A stretch of 64,000 nt of DNA from a virus (lineage: Duplodnaviria > Heunggongvirae > Uroviricota > Caudoviricetes). Positions 30,268 through 39,611 of the stretch are shown one piece after another. The notes under the pieces are model-generated. The model saw nothing but the letters and a program-made list of their open reading frames with translations. It searched no databases and was not told the origin of the DNA. The stretch lies in IMG/VR virus record IMGVR_UViG_2645727901_000008; one strand, written 5' to 3'. The translations under genes and the position numbers were made by a program. Position 1 is the stretch's first letter. Every line of letters begins with the position of its first letter.

Positions 30268-31337
30268 TGTGCACTCCATTTTTCAAGAATCATTACGTTT
30301 CGAATCGATTTTTCAACCAAATCATTTATAGTTTTTTCTATGGCTTCTTGTGACAACCCAGACCATATACCCGTAGGTTTTTCCCATTCAGAGCATAAGT
30401 ACTGCCAGCTGCTGTTAATAAAAGCATGCATTTCATTGTGGTCGCGAATAACAAAAGGACGCACATTATCAAAAGCTGATTTCACATCAAGCAAAGGTGT
30501 CGGCAATGTCAAACAAGGAGAAATAATCTGCCCACCATTATGTAAGGCTGATATCACAGCATTGAACATGCCAACAACTGGATTTTCCACTTTGTTCAAA
30601 AAGTCGCTTACAATTTTAACTCTATCTTCTGTGGATGGGTGAGTATAGCTTGCAGGATGAGAGCCAGCTAATTTGTATAAGAAATCTACCCCACTTTTTC
30701 CAATAAATTGGGCACTAAATAGATCTGCAAAATATTCTCTGCAATGATTTATCCAAATAACATCAGGTAGATTACTCCATTCTGGTCCAGGAAGTGTGCC
30801 TTTGTCCTTGGAACGATAGTTAAGACAGGCAAGCTCAGAAATACCTTTGCTAATATCAACGAAATGTCCCAATTCGTGATATAAAGGTATAGAGCATAAT
30901 GGTCGTCTTCTGTACATTTCAGGTAATGAAATCTGAATTAATTCGACATCGAATTTGACATTTAAAACTTCGTCAAATAAAGAATACAAATTCTTGTTTA
31001 CAGACTTAAAATAAAACCCATGCATATCTGGAGATAGGGCTGTGGTTATAAGTGTTTTTTCACTTATCCATTTTTTACAGGCATCATTTAAGCAATAGAC
31101 AATCTCGTAGGGAATTTTCTTTGTAGTACTGCCAGTGAAAAAATTAACTGCATCGGTGATAAAAAAAGTACAATCCGCAATTATTTTATCAGCAACATTC
31201 ACATGGTTTTCATAGAGCTTATCCACCGCTTCTTGTAGAACAGCAAGATATTCATGCATGTCTTTAGAAAAATAGGGAGATTCTGATATCTCCCTTAGCT
31301 TATTTCGAACTAATGTAAGTTGTGTAAATGCAAGCAT
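30264..31337 (-). CDS. HExxH metallopeptidase-like protein (ImmA/IrrE-like HELGH motif)
   Basis: PLYHELGHFVD motif in a 357-aa protein; start overlaps the upstream stop (TAATG). Confidence 0.55.
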   Translation of the reverse strand: MLAFTQLTLVRNKLREISESPYFSKDMHEYLAVLQEAVDKLYENHVNVADKIIADCTFFITDAVNFFTGSTTKKIPYEIVYCLNDACKKWISEKTLITTALSPDMHGFYFKSVNKNLYSLFDEVLNVKFDVELIQISLPEMYRRRPLCSIPLYHELGHFVDISKGISELACLNYRSKDKGTLPGPEWSNLPDVIWINHCREYFADLFSAQFIGKSGVDFLYKLAGSHPASYTHPSTEDRVKIVSDFLNKVENPVVGMFNAVISALHNGGQIISPCLTLPTPLLDVKSAFDNVRPFVIRDHNEMHAFINSSWQYLCSEWEKPTGIWSGLSQEAIEKTINDLVEKSIRNVMILEKWSAQ

Positions 31338-31642
31338 TAAATGTACTCTAATACATTCCGGGCCATTACGGGTTCTAACATATCTTCGCTAGTTACTTTG
31401 GTTAGCACCTGGGCGAGCGCCTTAGTGTGGCGTATCTCTACCGCGAGCGAGATGGACTCTCTGTGAGAAGGAATCTGTAATTGATCACCTTTATCTACAC
31501 TTAAGTTTGAGGCTTCTCTGATCACCTCATAAACCCGTAACTTTAACTGCTGTGACACTTCTTGTTGAGATGCTATAAGCTGAAGTACAGTCTTGATCAA
31601 CTTCAAAGAATCAGAAGCTTGCTGAGGAACCGCATAGAGCAT
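31337..31642 (-). CDS. Small protein, first gene of the three-gene cassette
   Basis: 101-aa ORF translationally coupled to the HExxH gene. Confidence 0.45.
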   Translation of the reverse strand: MLYAVPQQASDSLKLIKTVLQLIASQQEVSQQLKLRVYEVIREASNLSVDKGDQLQIPSHRESISLAVEIRHTKALAQVLTKVTSEDMLEPVMARNVLEYI

Positions 31643-31779
31643 AACCCCTCCTTTCCCTTATCTATAACCGCTTTCTTTTTTCTGTGTATGTTAAAAGTAG
31701 AAGCGGTTTTTACCTTTTGTAATATATATAGTGTCTAAAACTAACTTTGGCACTATATATGGCATGATATCTATGTTTT

Positions 31780-31821
31780 AAAGACACAAAAGCTCTGTTA
31801 AAACAGAGCTTTTGTGTCTTT
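31780..31821. repeat. Perfect 20-bp inverted repeat with 2-nt spacer
   Basis: AAAGACACAAAAGCTCTGTT-AA-AACAGAGCTTTTGTGTCTTT. Confidence 0.8.
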
Positions 31822-31967
31822 AACTTGATCATTTTCTCGCTGAAGTGTATGTCAGGCTTAGCTCATAATCAAGTTGCTTCCAAGCTAAAAATGAGCTAGC
31901 TCCCTGAAACACTAAGAGCGGGGTGTTTCATTTATTAGCGTTGGGCCTGACGGTGTGTAGGTGAATT

Positions 31968-32255
31968 TTAGCTCATTACTCGATAACGACGGGGAATGGA
32001 ATTCTCCATCAGGCCACGAATTACTCCCGCCTCACGTAGTTCCTCTGTCTCCCAGTATCTGTTTGTCACCAGATCGAGGCTGGCTATGACCTTGTGCCGG
32101 TCATTCGGCATAGCTAATTTTTCTGCTATAACCATCAGTGAAAACTCTTCATCCAGTAGAATTTGATAGCAGTTTTTTGATAGTTCCACTTCCCTTATGA
32201 GACTGAAACGTCGCTGGATTGTGGCAGTAGAGTAAGTGAAATCTATTTTCTTCAT
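31968..32255 (-). CDS. Hypothetical small protein downstream of ant
   Basis: 95-aa ORF. Confidence 0.4.
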   Translation of the reverse strand: MKKIDFTYSTATIQRRFSLIREVELSKNCYQILLDEEFSLMVIAEKLAMPNDRHKVIASLDLVTNRYWETEELREAGVIRGLMENSIPRRYRVMS

Positions 32256-32314
32256 CGTGCGGAGAATCCGATTATTTAGCAGTTAAAGCCCCGGACAGGC
32301 CGGGGCAACAGTAA

Positions 32315-33241
32315 TTAACTAACAATCCAGTCCATAGCAACCATATCCTCTGGCGCTAAATCAATAGCATGGATTTTCCCATCCCGGATAGTGCGCCAGT
32401 GCTTCCTTGATCCGCCTTCGGGCCATACCCATACACCTTCAGACCATGAGGCGCGACGGCATACCGTTGCATATCCACTTCTGATCTTCTCTCTGGCGGT
32501 ATGCAGTGACAGATTATCTTTTGGGATTTCCGGTAAAGGATGATGGATTGCCTGAAACAGCCCCATCTTGGGATGATACCAGCGTTTGTTGCGTGGTTCT
32601 GCCTCCGACATAACCTGCTTGAAGGCTTTCTGGAAGGGGGCCAGGGCCACAATGGAGCGTCGCGCAAGCAAACCATCTGGAGTTAAAAACTCATGCGTAT
32701 CGGTGGGAATCCGGAAAGCGTTAACCAGGTTGCGACATTTGGCTTCGGTCAGGCCACATTTCGCCGCCAGCTGGCGGTAGCCAATGTAGCCTTCCGGAAT
32801 ATTGCCTTTCTTTATTTGCTCGAGTGTTTCAGCGACCATCGATACTTGTGCTGATACCTCGGCTACCTGGGCATTTACGGCGTTGATCCGGCGTTCATGC
32901 TCAAGATGCATTTGCGCCATTTCAGCCAGGATTTCGGCTTTTGATTTTAACTGTACCCGGGCATTCTCCAGTTCGCGCCAGCGGTCCACCAGCCGGGCGG
33001 TGAATTCGGGAGAGAGCTGCGCGACGACGACAATACTATCGCGCTTGCCTTGCTCGCCTTCGAAGACGTAATAGCTCGCCGGGCGGCCTGCGGTGGGCTT
33101 TTCCTCAATTTGAGGAAAAGATATTACGCCCCGTTCCGCCAGGTGTTCAATGGTGCGTTTAACGTTATCAGGGCGCTTACCTACCAGTTCCGCGATCTCA
33201 ATGCTGGTCATTGTCGCTTTTTGAGAGATGGACAGATTCAT
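32315..33241 (-). CDS. ant: Antirepressor-like protein (Rha-like N-terminal region)
   Basis: N-terminal TSIEIAELVGKRPDNVKRTIEHL; start overlaps the upstream small ORF stop (ATGA); GGAGG RBS. Confidence 0.55.
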   Translation of the reverse strand: MNLSISQKATMTSIEIAELVGKRPDNVKRTIEHLAERGVISFPQIEEKPTAGRPASYYVFEGEQGKRDSIVVVAQLSPEFTARLVDRWRELENARVQLKSKAEILAEMAQMHLEHERRINAVNAQVAEVSAQVSMVAETLEQIKKGNIPEGYIGYRQLAAKCGLTEAKCRNLVNAFRIPTDTHEFLTPDGLLARRSIVALAPFQKAFKQVMSEAEPRNKRWYHPKMGLFQAIHHPLPEIPKDNLSLHTAREKIRSGYATVCRRASWSEGVWVWPEGGSRKHWRTIRDGKIHAIDLAPEDMVAMDWIVS

Positions 33242-33456
33242 CAGTGCGCCTCCACGCAGTTCATCGGCAGATTCCAGTAATTGAGGATCTCCATCGCATC
33301 AAGAGTGAAGCGAGCAGCAAAAATGCAGGGTTCTTCGGGAAGGTATGAGCGCGCCTCTGCTTCGGTAGCAGCCATGACGCAGATATACAGGTGTTTTTGG
33401 CAGGAATAGAAACGCCAGATAAATTCAGAATGAGTTGGGGTAGGGATAGTAGCCAT
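33241..33456 (-). CDS. icd: Icd-like small protein upstream of ant
   Basis: 71-aa ORF with AGGAGG RBS, positioned like P1 icd. Confidence 0.4.
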   Translation of the reverse strand: MATIPTPTHSEFIWRFYSCQKHLYICVMAATEAEARSYLPEEPCIFAARFTLDAMEILNYWNLPMNCVEAH

Positions 33457-33631
33457 ATTGGCAGCCTCCTTTGACTAAGTTAAGGAGCTACCGCGTGAGG
33501 TTCCAATCTCAATGGCGGTAGCACTGACTGGGTTGGAACTACCGGCGTCAAAGGGAACCGGCCTGCCTTTCGGCAGCCCAGCCAGCACTACCATTGATCT
33601 CTGAGCTAAACGCTACGTATGGCTGTGCGAT

Positions 33632-33720
33632 GGCATGACACAAAAAAAGACGCTTTCGGCGTCTGTGTCGCCTTTGACATTATCCGGGGTTCCAATCCCG
33701 GCACCCGTTTTTCTAAGGTG
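33632..33720 (-). ncRNA. Candidate c4-like antisense RNA
   Basis: Promoter-like region with operator-like GTAGAAATATA, then on the minus strand a hairpin (AGACGC-CGAAA-GCGTCT) plus U-run about 80 nt downstream; GGTTCCAATC-type elements recur in the icd leader. Confidence 0.35.
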
Positions 33721-33772
33721 CCGTAGAAATATACCCCACGATAATGCCAGGGCGCAACAGTCAGTATTTTAT

Positions 33773-33937
33773 GCTTTGGCGGATTTCTTCCGGGCTTGCT
33801 TGCAGGCGTAGGCCATTGCTTTAGCTTTCACTTCATCCAGCTTCCCGGTGATCGCTTCTTTTCCGAGAGTGACAAACCAGTCATAGCAACCGCCAGTGAT
33901 GTTCTGGATTTGAAAGTTGAGGTAGCGAACGGTCATT
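33773..33937 (-). CDS. Small hypothetical protein (54 aa), not in the ORF track
   Basis: ATG with GGGGGTG RBS-like upstream. Confidence 0.3.
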
Positions 33938-34256
33938 TTGACACCCCCAGCGCGAGTAAAGAATGCAGATTATCGCGTGAGTGGCGGACAACGAGTGATG
34001 GGAAAAGACAGTAGCTGTTCATAGTGTAGTGACTCCTTGCTTTCGGAGCCGCCATCGACTGTTCCACGGTCTGGTGGCGGCGCAATAAAGGCTGGAACAC
34101 CGTGAGTCAACGGGGGCTTTTCAGCCACCTATATTGCACCGCCATAGGTATAGCGGCGGCAATAATACGAAAAACTAAACAGTTTGTCTCAAAAAGTTGA
34201 CCGGTGTGCCAATCGGTAGTGAATGTACATCGGAGAAATTTACAATTCAACTTAAA

Positions 34257-34271
34257 ATGTTAGAAAACTAA
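34257..34271. promoter_or_regulatory. C1-type operator-like site ATGTTAGAAAACTAA
   Basis: Nearly identical to the site upstream of the c1-like gene; faces the sim-like/c4/icd/ant region. Confidence 0.45.
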
Positions 34272-34846
34272 TTTATCAATTCAATCGCCATCTGATACAA
34301 CGTCATTTCATCGGCATTGTGCCGCATGAAATCTGCTTTTCCGCCTATTTTTCCGTCAGCATGAACAGGGACCAGCCAGGGATATTGTTCTCGGACCTCG
34401 GCTGGCGCTGCGTACTGGTGGTGCCATTTACACAAAGGGAGGACATATTTATGCGCGTTCTCTGCCGTTCTCCCGAAGATATGGTGCAGGGATACTACTG
34501 GGCTATGTTGTCCGTGAATATGGCAGGCAATGCAGGGGAGAGTACCGATAGCGGTCTGTATCCGGCGTTCATCAGCTGTGAGTGATCTGCCCTTCAGGCC
34601 GCGTGACGTGCGTGTTTTTTTGGGCGGAGCGGATACAGCTTTATCTTTTCTCCGCTGTTCATATTGCTTTGCTTTTTCAATTTTCTTTTGCCGATATTCA
34701 GGCGATGCGGCTTTTTCTCTCGCTCGCTGCTGCTGGCGTTGAGCTTGTTGAAGGCGCTTTGCCCTTTGTTCCTCTCGCCAGGCCGGGTCAGCCAATTTTT
34801 GCATGGCTTTTTGTCTCTGTTTCTCCCAATAGCTCTGTTTCTGCAT
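34268..34846 (-). CDS. ref: Ref-like HNH endonuclease
   Basis: Lys/Arg/Gln-rich N-terminus then HNH-like core CIACHIHG...HHIFGR...CKWHH. Confidence 0.7.
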   Translation of the reverse strand: MQKQSYWEKQRQKAMQKLADPAWREEQRAKRLQQAQRQQQRAREKAASPEYRQKKIEKAKQYEQRRKDKAVSAPPKKTRTSRGLKGRSLTADERRIQTAIGTLPCIACHIHGQHSPVVSLHHIFGRTAENAHKYVLPLCKWHHQYAAPAEVREQYPWLVPVHADGKIGGKADFMRHNADEMTLYQMAIELIN

Positions 34847-34893
34847 GATGGCAGTCTCTTACTTTTCAATGATTTTTCTATGATTGATCAAAA

Positions 34894-34929
34894 CTGTTAG
34901 ATATTCAAAATTGATTTTCTAACACAAAA
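34894..34929. promoter_or_regulatory. Pair of C1-type operator-like sites in the divergent ref region
   Basis: CTGTTAGATAT and TTTTCTAACACAAAA. Confidence 0.5.
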
Positions 34930-35118
34930 CATTAATATCATTCCTGATAACTGTTTGGAGGACATGATGCTTATAGCTTTAAGTGCGATCCACCAGCCAT
35001 CTGTGAATGAAATTGGCCTGTTCTATGTGTTGTTTTTCGGGGCGTTGGCGCTACTTGAGCTTGGTATTGAGCTTTTCGCAGTGCTTATGTTTTGCGTCAC
35101 GATTTTGGGGAAATTTTG

Positions 35119-35742
35119 ATGGTGAAACGAGTTTTGAAAATTTACATCGCGGGGCCGATGACTGGTTATCCAGATTACAACCGTGCTGCGTTTAATGCGA
35201 AAGCGAGCGAGCTGATGGCTGAAGGGCATATCGTTCTGAATCCAGCTGTGTTACCTGGTGGCCTTTGTCAGAGTGAATACATGGATATTTGCCTGGCAAT
35301 GGTGCGTTCTGCTGATGCGATCTACTTGCTCAATCGATGGGAGGAATCGATTGGTGCTCGTGCAGAGCACGCGCTGGCTGAAAAGCTGGGGCTGACTGTA
35401 ATTTATGAATCACCAACCAACATTGAATGCCAGGTTGCTCCGCATATTTACCGGGAACTGGTCAATGCGTTACGTGATGTTGCTATTGAATGTCACGGCA
35501 CGGATCAGCTTCGCGCTCGCTTAAGCCAAACCCTTTCCAGTTACCTGTCTTTGGCTGAAGGATACAACCTCCGACAGCGAAGAATGGTCAAATTAATCAC
35601 TCTTTTATCGCAATCCCTTGCAAATGCTGAACCAACCAATCCGCTACCTGGTGACGCAATGAATTATCTGAAGTCATGCGGTGTTGTTTCTGAAGATGCA
35701 GTTCGTTTTGTGGAGTTTATGTCTCGGAGGATGTCGGCGTGA
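35119..35742 (+). CDS. Nucleoside 2-deoxyribosyltransferase-like (DUF4406-like) protein with distinct C-terminal module
   Basis: N-terminal KIYIAGPMTG...NP motif; C-terminal about 35 aa paralogous to the 43835 protein. Confidence 0.45.
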   Translation: MVKRVLKIYIAGPMTGYPDYNRAAFNAKASELMAEGHIVLNPAVLPGGLCQSEYMDICLAMVRSADAIYLLNRWEESIGARAEHALAEKLGLTVIYESPTNIECQVAPHIYRELVNALRDVAIECHGTDQLRARLSQTLSSYLSLAEGYNLRQRRMVKLITLLSQSLANAEPTNPLPGDAMNYLKSCGVVSEDAVRFVEFMSRRMSA

Positions 35743-36056
35743 GCTGGCGGGGATGGGGAAGGGCAGAAATCATGATACTCCGCCAGTGCGCCGGAACTAT
35801 GACGGTAGAGAGTATTGGGAAGCTGATCGGTCGTACCGGTGATGCCGTCAGGACTAAAGCGCGGGAGCTGGGGATCAGCATGATTCTGAAAGGAGACTTT
35901 CATCCGTCAGCCAAATACCGGCAGAGCGATATAGAACTGGCACGGCAGCTTCATCAGTGTGGTGTTCCCCGCCGTGAGATCGCGGAAAAACTCGAAATGC
36001 CCCTGGGCATGATTAATCAGTACGTTTATTTCGAAAGGAGAGTACATGAAGTCTGA
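35739..36056 (+). CDS. Small HTH-like protein
   Basis: 105 aa, overlaps the upstream stop. Confidence 0.4.
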   Translation: MSWRGWGRAEIMILRQCAGTMTVESIGKLIGRTGDAVRTKARELGISMILKGDFHPSAKYRQSDIELARQLHQCGVPRREIAEKLEMPLGMINQYVYFERRVHEV

Positions 36057-36471
36057 AGGTTTAACGCCAGAGCAACTGGCGGAGCGTAACGCTCAGTATG
36101 TGACGGAAATTTCCCGTCTTGAGAAAGAGCGCGCGGCGCTGGCGGCGGAGAATGCAGGGCTAAAGGCGATATGTGATGACTGTCGCAGGTTCATCATGAA
36201 TGGTGTGCAGATGGGTTATATCAAGGTGCCAACAGCGGAAACAGATCCAGACCTTGAGACAATACGTATTGCTATATCACCACAAAAGCCCATTCCAGCC
36301 ACCGATGCTTTTCTGGCTGAAGTCCGGGCACAGGGATTGGAGATGTTTGCTCAGAAATGTAACTCAAAATCAGAACAGTCGATTGCATCTGATATACGCG
36401 ATAACTGGAAACTACTCGGTGAACATGCCACTGACTTTGCCGCAGAGCTTCGCAAGGGAGGGAAACAGTGA
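36046..36471 (+). CDS. Hypothetical protein
   Basis: 141-aa coupled ORF. Confidence 0.4.
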   Translation: MKSEGLTPEQLAERNAQYVTEISRLEKERAALAAENAGLKAICDDCRRFIMNGVQMGYIKVPTAETDPDLETIRIAISPQKPIPATDAFLAEVRAQGLEMFAQKCNSKSEQSIASDIRDNWKLLGEHATDFAAELRKGGKQ

Positions 36472-36716
36472 GTAATTCAGCACGACTACAGCTTGGTTTT
36501 TCACCGCTATCAAAAACCATCGTGTTGGCAAAAATGCGTGACTTAGGGGATGGAACAAAACGTCGTGTTGGCAATGATCGCGGTCGTGATGTAACCAACG
36601 AGGCCGCTCAACTCGTCTGGCATCTGGTCATGGCAGAAGGCGGTGAAATTAATTGGGAGCTGGATGATGGTTCGCGCATGGTATTGAAGGCAGAAAAGCA
36701 GGAGCCACCACAGTGA
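36468..36716 (+). CDS. Hypothetical protein
   Basis: 82-aa coupled ORF. Confidence 0.4.
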   Translation: MSNSARLQLGFSPLSKTIVLAKMRDLGDGTKRRVGNDRGRDVTNEAAQLVWHLVMAEGGEINWELDDGSRMVLKAEKQEPPQ

Positions 36717-37006
36717 ATATCGACACCACGATAACGATCGATACGGCCCTCAACACAGGTTTGGCCCTGCTCGGTTGGTTTTACATCATGTTCAGTGCGG
36801 GGAAGTGGGCGGCCTCTGTTTTTCTAAAGCAGTGGGGAAAGCGCCGCAAACAGGAGATACGCCAGAAAGCGTTAGAGGCGTTCTATGACGCCTTTGAACT
36901 TAGCCGCATTGAGCCTGGCACAACAGCCAGGGTAGCAACAAAAGATGACCTGATGATCGTGATGTTCCGACAGGAGAAAGCAAATGGCAGCAAAGCGAAT
37001 GACTAA
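36713..37006 (+). CDS. Small membrane protein
   Basis: 97 aa with N-terminal TM helix. Confidence 0.4.
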   Translation: MNIDTTITIDTALNTGLALLGWFYIMFSAGKWAASVFLKQWGKRRKQEIRQKALEAFYDAFELSRIEPGTTARVATKDDLMIVMFRQEKANGSKAND

Positions 37007-37208
37007 TCGCGAACTTGTTGATGCCGCGATTGAACTTGCTGGCGATTTTTATTCCATGATGGGGTACACGCATCGCCCAGGCTTCAAATATTGGGAGTCT
37101 CCGCACCCGCAAGAGCAACGGGTATTTCAAATGGCCTGTCGCGCTTTTGAAGTTATTCGCGGTTCTGATGTGATGGACGCGATTGCTGATTTGGAGGATG
37201 AAGAGTGA
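36984..37208 (+). CDS. Hypothetical protein
   Basis: 74-aa coupled ORF. Confidence 0.35.
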   Translation: MAAKRMTNRELVDAAIELAGDFYSMMGYTHRPGFKYWESPHPQEQRVFQMACRAFEVIRGSDVMDAIADLEDEE

Positions 37209-37516
37209 ACACAATTAAAGAAATGCCGGTAGAACGTGATGAATATGGCTGCTGGACACATCCGGAGTATGAGAAGTTTTGCGCAGGTCGTGAATATATT
37301 TCCACTGAGGAATTTGACGCCTGGATGAAGGAAAATAATCTTCAGTGGACTATTCGCAGTATGGATGAAGATGATTTTGATCTGGACGCAGCTGGTCCCG
37401 ATATTGCCGCCTGGGAACCGGAGCGACCAGAAGGTGAAGGCTGGTTTGTTGGCTCTATTCATGACACTGAAGATGGTCCAGTTTGTATCTGGCTGCGGGA
37501 GAAGGTTGCCGCATGA
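37205..37516 (+). CDS. Hypothetical acidic protein
   Basis: 103-aa coupled ORF. Confidence 0.4.
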   Translation: MNTIKEMPVERDEYGCWTHPEYEKFCAGREYISTEEFDAWMKENNLQWTIRSMDEDDFDLDAAGPDIAAWEPERPEGEGWFVGSIHDTEDGPVCIWLREKVAA

Positions 37517-38205
37517 TCCAAGCTATGCATGAAGTGAATTTATATAGCCGTATTGATGGTTCTGGCTACAGAAACATATGGGTAGTTGGTGATCTGCATG
37601 GTTGCTACACCAGACTGATGTCCGAACTCCATCGTGTGGATTTTGACCCGGCGCAGGATTTACTGATATCGGTTGGCGACCTTATCGATCGCGGTACTGA
37701 AAATGTCGAATGTCTGGAACTATTACAGATGCCCTGGTTCAGGGCAGTAATGGGGAACCATGAGCGGTTGATGCTTGATGCGTTAAGTCCTGATGGCAAC
37801 GTGAATAACTGGCTAATGAATGGCGGACAATGGTTCTTCATGCTGGACACTGATCAGGAAATATTAGCCAAGGCGCTGGTGGAGCTGGTAAAGCGTCTGC
37901 CATATATCATTGAGTTGAACACCGGACATGAAACTATCGTTATAGCCCATGCCGACTATCCAGGTGGAGAGTACCAGTTCGGTAAGGATGTATCGCTTTT
38001 TGATGTTGTCTGGTCGCGCAGTCGCGTCGGTGATTCGATAGATGGCATTGGTGGAGAAATCACAGGCGCAGATCGCTTTATCTTTGGGCACACACCGGTA
38101 CGAAGACCAAAAGCATACTGGAATCAGCACTACATAGACACGGGCGCGGTTTTTTGTGGAAATCTGACGCTAATGCAGGTGAAGGGAGGGCAGCTTAAAG
38201 TCTGA
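37513..38205 (+). CDS. ppp: Lambda-type Ser/Thr protein phosphatase
   Basis: Metallophosphatase motifs GDLHG, GDLIDRG, GNHE; ATG 37513 overlaps the upstream stop. Confidence 0.8.
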   Translation: MIQAMHEVNLYSRIDGSGYRNIWVVGDLHGCYTRLMSELHRVDFDPAQDLLISVGDLIDRGTENVECLELLQMPWFRAVMGNHERLMLDALSPDGNVNNWLMNGGQWFFMLDTDQEILAKALVELVKRLPYIIELNTGHETIVIAHADYPGGEYQFGKDVSLFDVVWSRSRVGDSIDGIGGEITGADRFIFGHTPVRRPKAYWNQHYIDTGAVFCGNLTLMQVKGGQLKV

Positions 38206-38228
38206 TCAAATCATTTACGCACTCAAAA

Positions 38229-38263
38229 TGCGTTAGAACATTGATTTTAGTTTTCTAACATAT
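38229..38263. promoter_or_regulatory. Inverted pair of C1-type operator-like sites
   Basis: CGTTAGAACA ... TTTTCTAACATAT upstream of ATG 38303. Confidence 0.5.
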
Positions 38264-38302
38264 TATTTTACCACTCGGAACAAAACAGAGTCGGTATGCA
38301 TT

Positions 38303-39298
38303 ATGAGTGCAATAATCACCCCATATGTCGTAAATGAAACTGGTGTGGCTGTCTTTCCGGTAGACAAGCCCACCAGCAACTACATCGGCGCAGGTCGCCG
38401 TTTCATTATCTCACCACTTCCGCGAGAACAGGCTGAAAACACTCCAGATGGCGTAGTGGATCTGAATTATTCGCTGGTTGCCAACCAGTCGCTGAAACCA
38501 TTTTTTCAAAGCGAGCGCGTATTTAACGCGTTAGGCGGTGAAGATTCGCTTGTTCATTGGGTAAGTTCCAATATCCACGATTGCCAGGCGCACGATAAGC
38601 GCGATTGCAGCCACCAGCTAACCACTCATTTCTATAACGGCTCTGCCGTTCGCCTGTGCTGGAAGCATGATGCGGAATACATGATGAAGGGGTACAGCAA
38701 GCTGGACGACCAGTTATCCCTGAATCGCGCCAACTGGGTTATGAACTGGGCTGCGAGCGAGTTAAAACTACCGCCAGAACGCGATCTGAGCATGGTTGAA
38801 CTCACTTTTTGGGCCATTCGCCGGAATCTGAAAGATGAGCTGCCAGATGAAGCCGGGCGCATTGCATTTTGTCAGCCAAAAACTGAAATCCCTACCGGTA
38901 CGCTGAAAGAATCAGATATCACCTGGGAGCACAGTACCCGCGAGCTGGTGGACATAACCGCAGAGCAGATCGTCAACCTGTCTGTAGATGAGGATTCCGG
39001 CCTGCTTTATATGCGCCGACCAAAAGCGGTCCTCGGTAAAAGCCCAGCTTATCTCCGGTTTGTGGTTTCTCGTCCGTGCATCGGATGCGGTGGCAAAGTT
39101 AACCACCCGTTCATGTACCGCGCCCGCTCGTTAAACGAACACGACCGCTGGGCTGTTCCTCTTTGTGATGACTGCGCCAGAAGCGCAGAACACGATGTCC
39201 GGGCATGGGAAAAAGCACATGGCATACGCCTTTATGTAGCCGCTAACCAGCTTTTCGACTTCGCCATCGAGCGCGGAGTGATCACGTTCAATAACTGA
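38303..39298 (+). CDS. Hypothetical operator-controlled protein with C-terminal Cys cluster
   Basis: 331 aa; CIGCGG...CDDC. Confidence 0.45.
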   Translation: MSAIITPYVVNETGVAVFPVDKPTSNYIGAGRRFIISPLPREQAENTPDGVVDLNYSLVANQSLKPFFQSERVFNALGGEDSLVHWVSSNIHDCQAHDKRDCSHQLTTHFYNGSAVRLCWKHDAEYMMKGYSKLDDQLSLNRANWVMNWAASELKLPPERDLSMVELTFWAIRRNLKDELPDEAGRIAFCQPKTEIPTGTLKESDITWEHSTRELVDITAEQIVNLSVDEDSGLLYMRRPKAVLGKSPAYLRFVVSRPCIGCGGKVNHPFMYRARSLNEHDRWAVPLCDDCARSAEHDVRAWEKAHGIRLYVAANQLFDFAIERGVITFNN

Positions 39299-39311
39299 TG
39301 GGAACAACGCA

Positions 39312-39611
39312 ATGAGTCAAGGTAACGGTGGTGGAGCTGCAAAGTGCAGAATCTCCACTTGTTTGATTAATGGCAGAAAAATAGAACCGTGCGCGGCGCT
39401 GGCACAATCTCTGGAGCAGGATGCTGAATACACGACGCGAAAAGGCCTGCTGAAATACAAAGTCTATAACCATGAATTAATTCATTCACAGGACCTGATC
39501 ATGCTGCGGTCTGGTGAATTTTCTAAATCGCCTATTCGAGTTTCATTTTGCCCATTCTGTGGTGAAAGTCTGAAAACGTGGGAAGCGGAGGCAACCAGTG
39601 AGCAAAATTAA
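39312..39611 (+). CDS. Small Cys-containing protein, paralog of 41104-41367
   Basis: Shared KCRI..G..IEPCA and FCPFCGESLKTW motifs. Confidence 0.4.
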   Translation: MSQGNGGGAAKCRISTCLINGRKIEPCAALAQSLEQDAEYTTRKGLLKYKVYNHELIHSQDLIMLRSGEFSKSPIRVSFCPFCGESLKTWEAEATSEQN

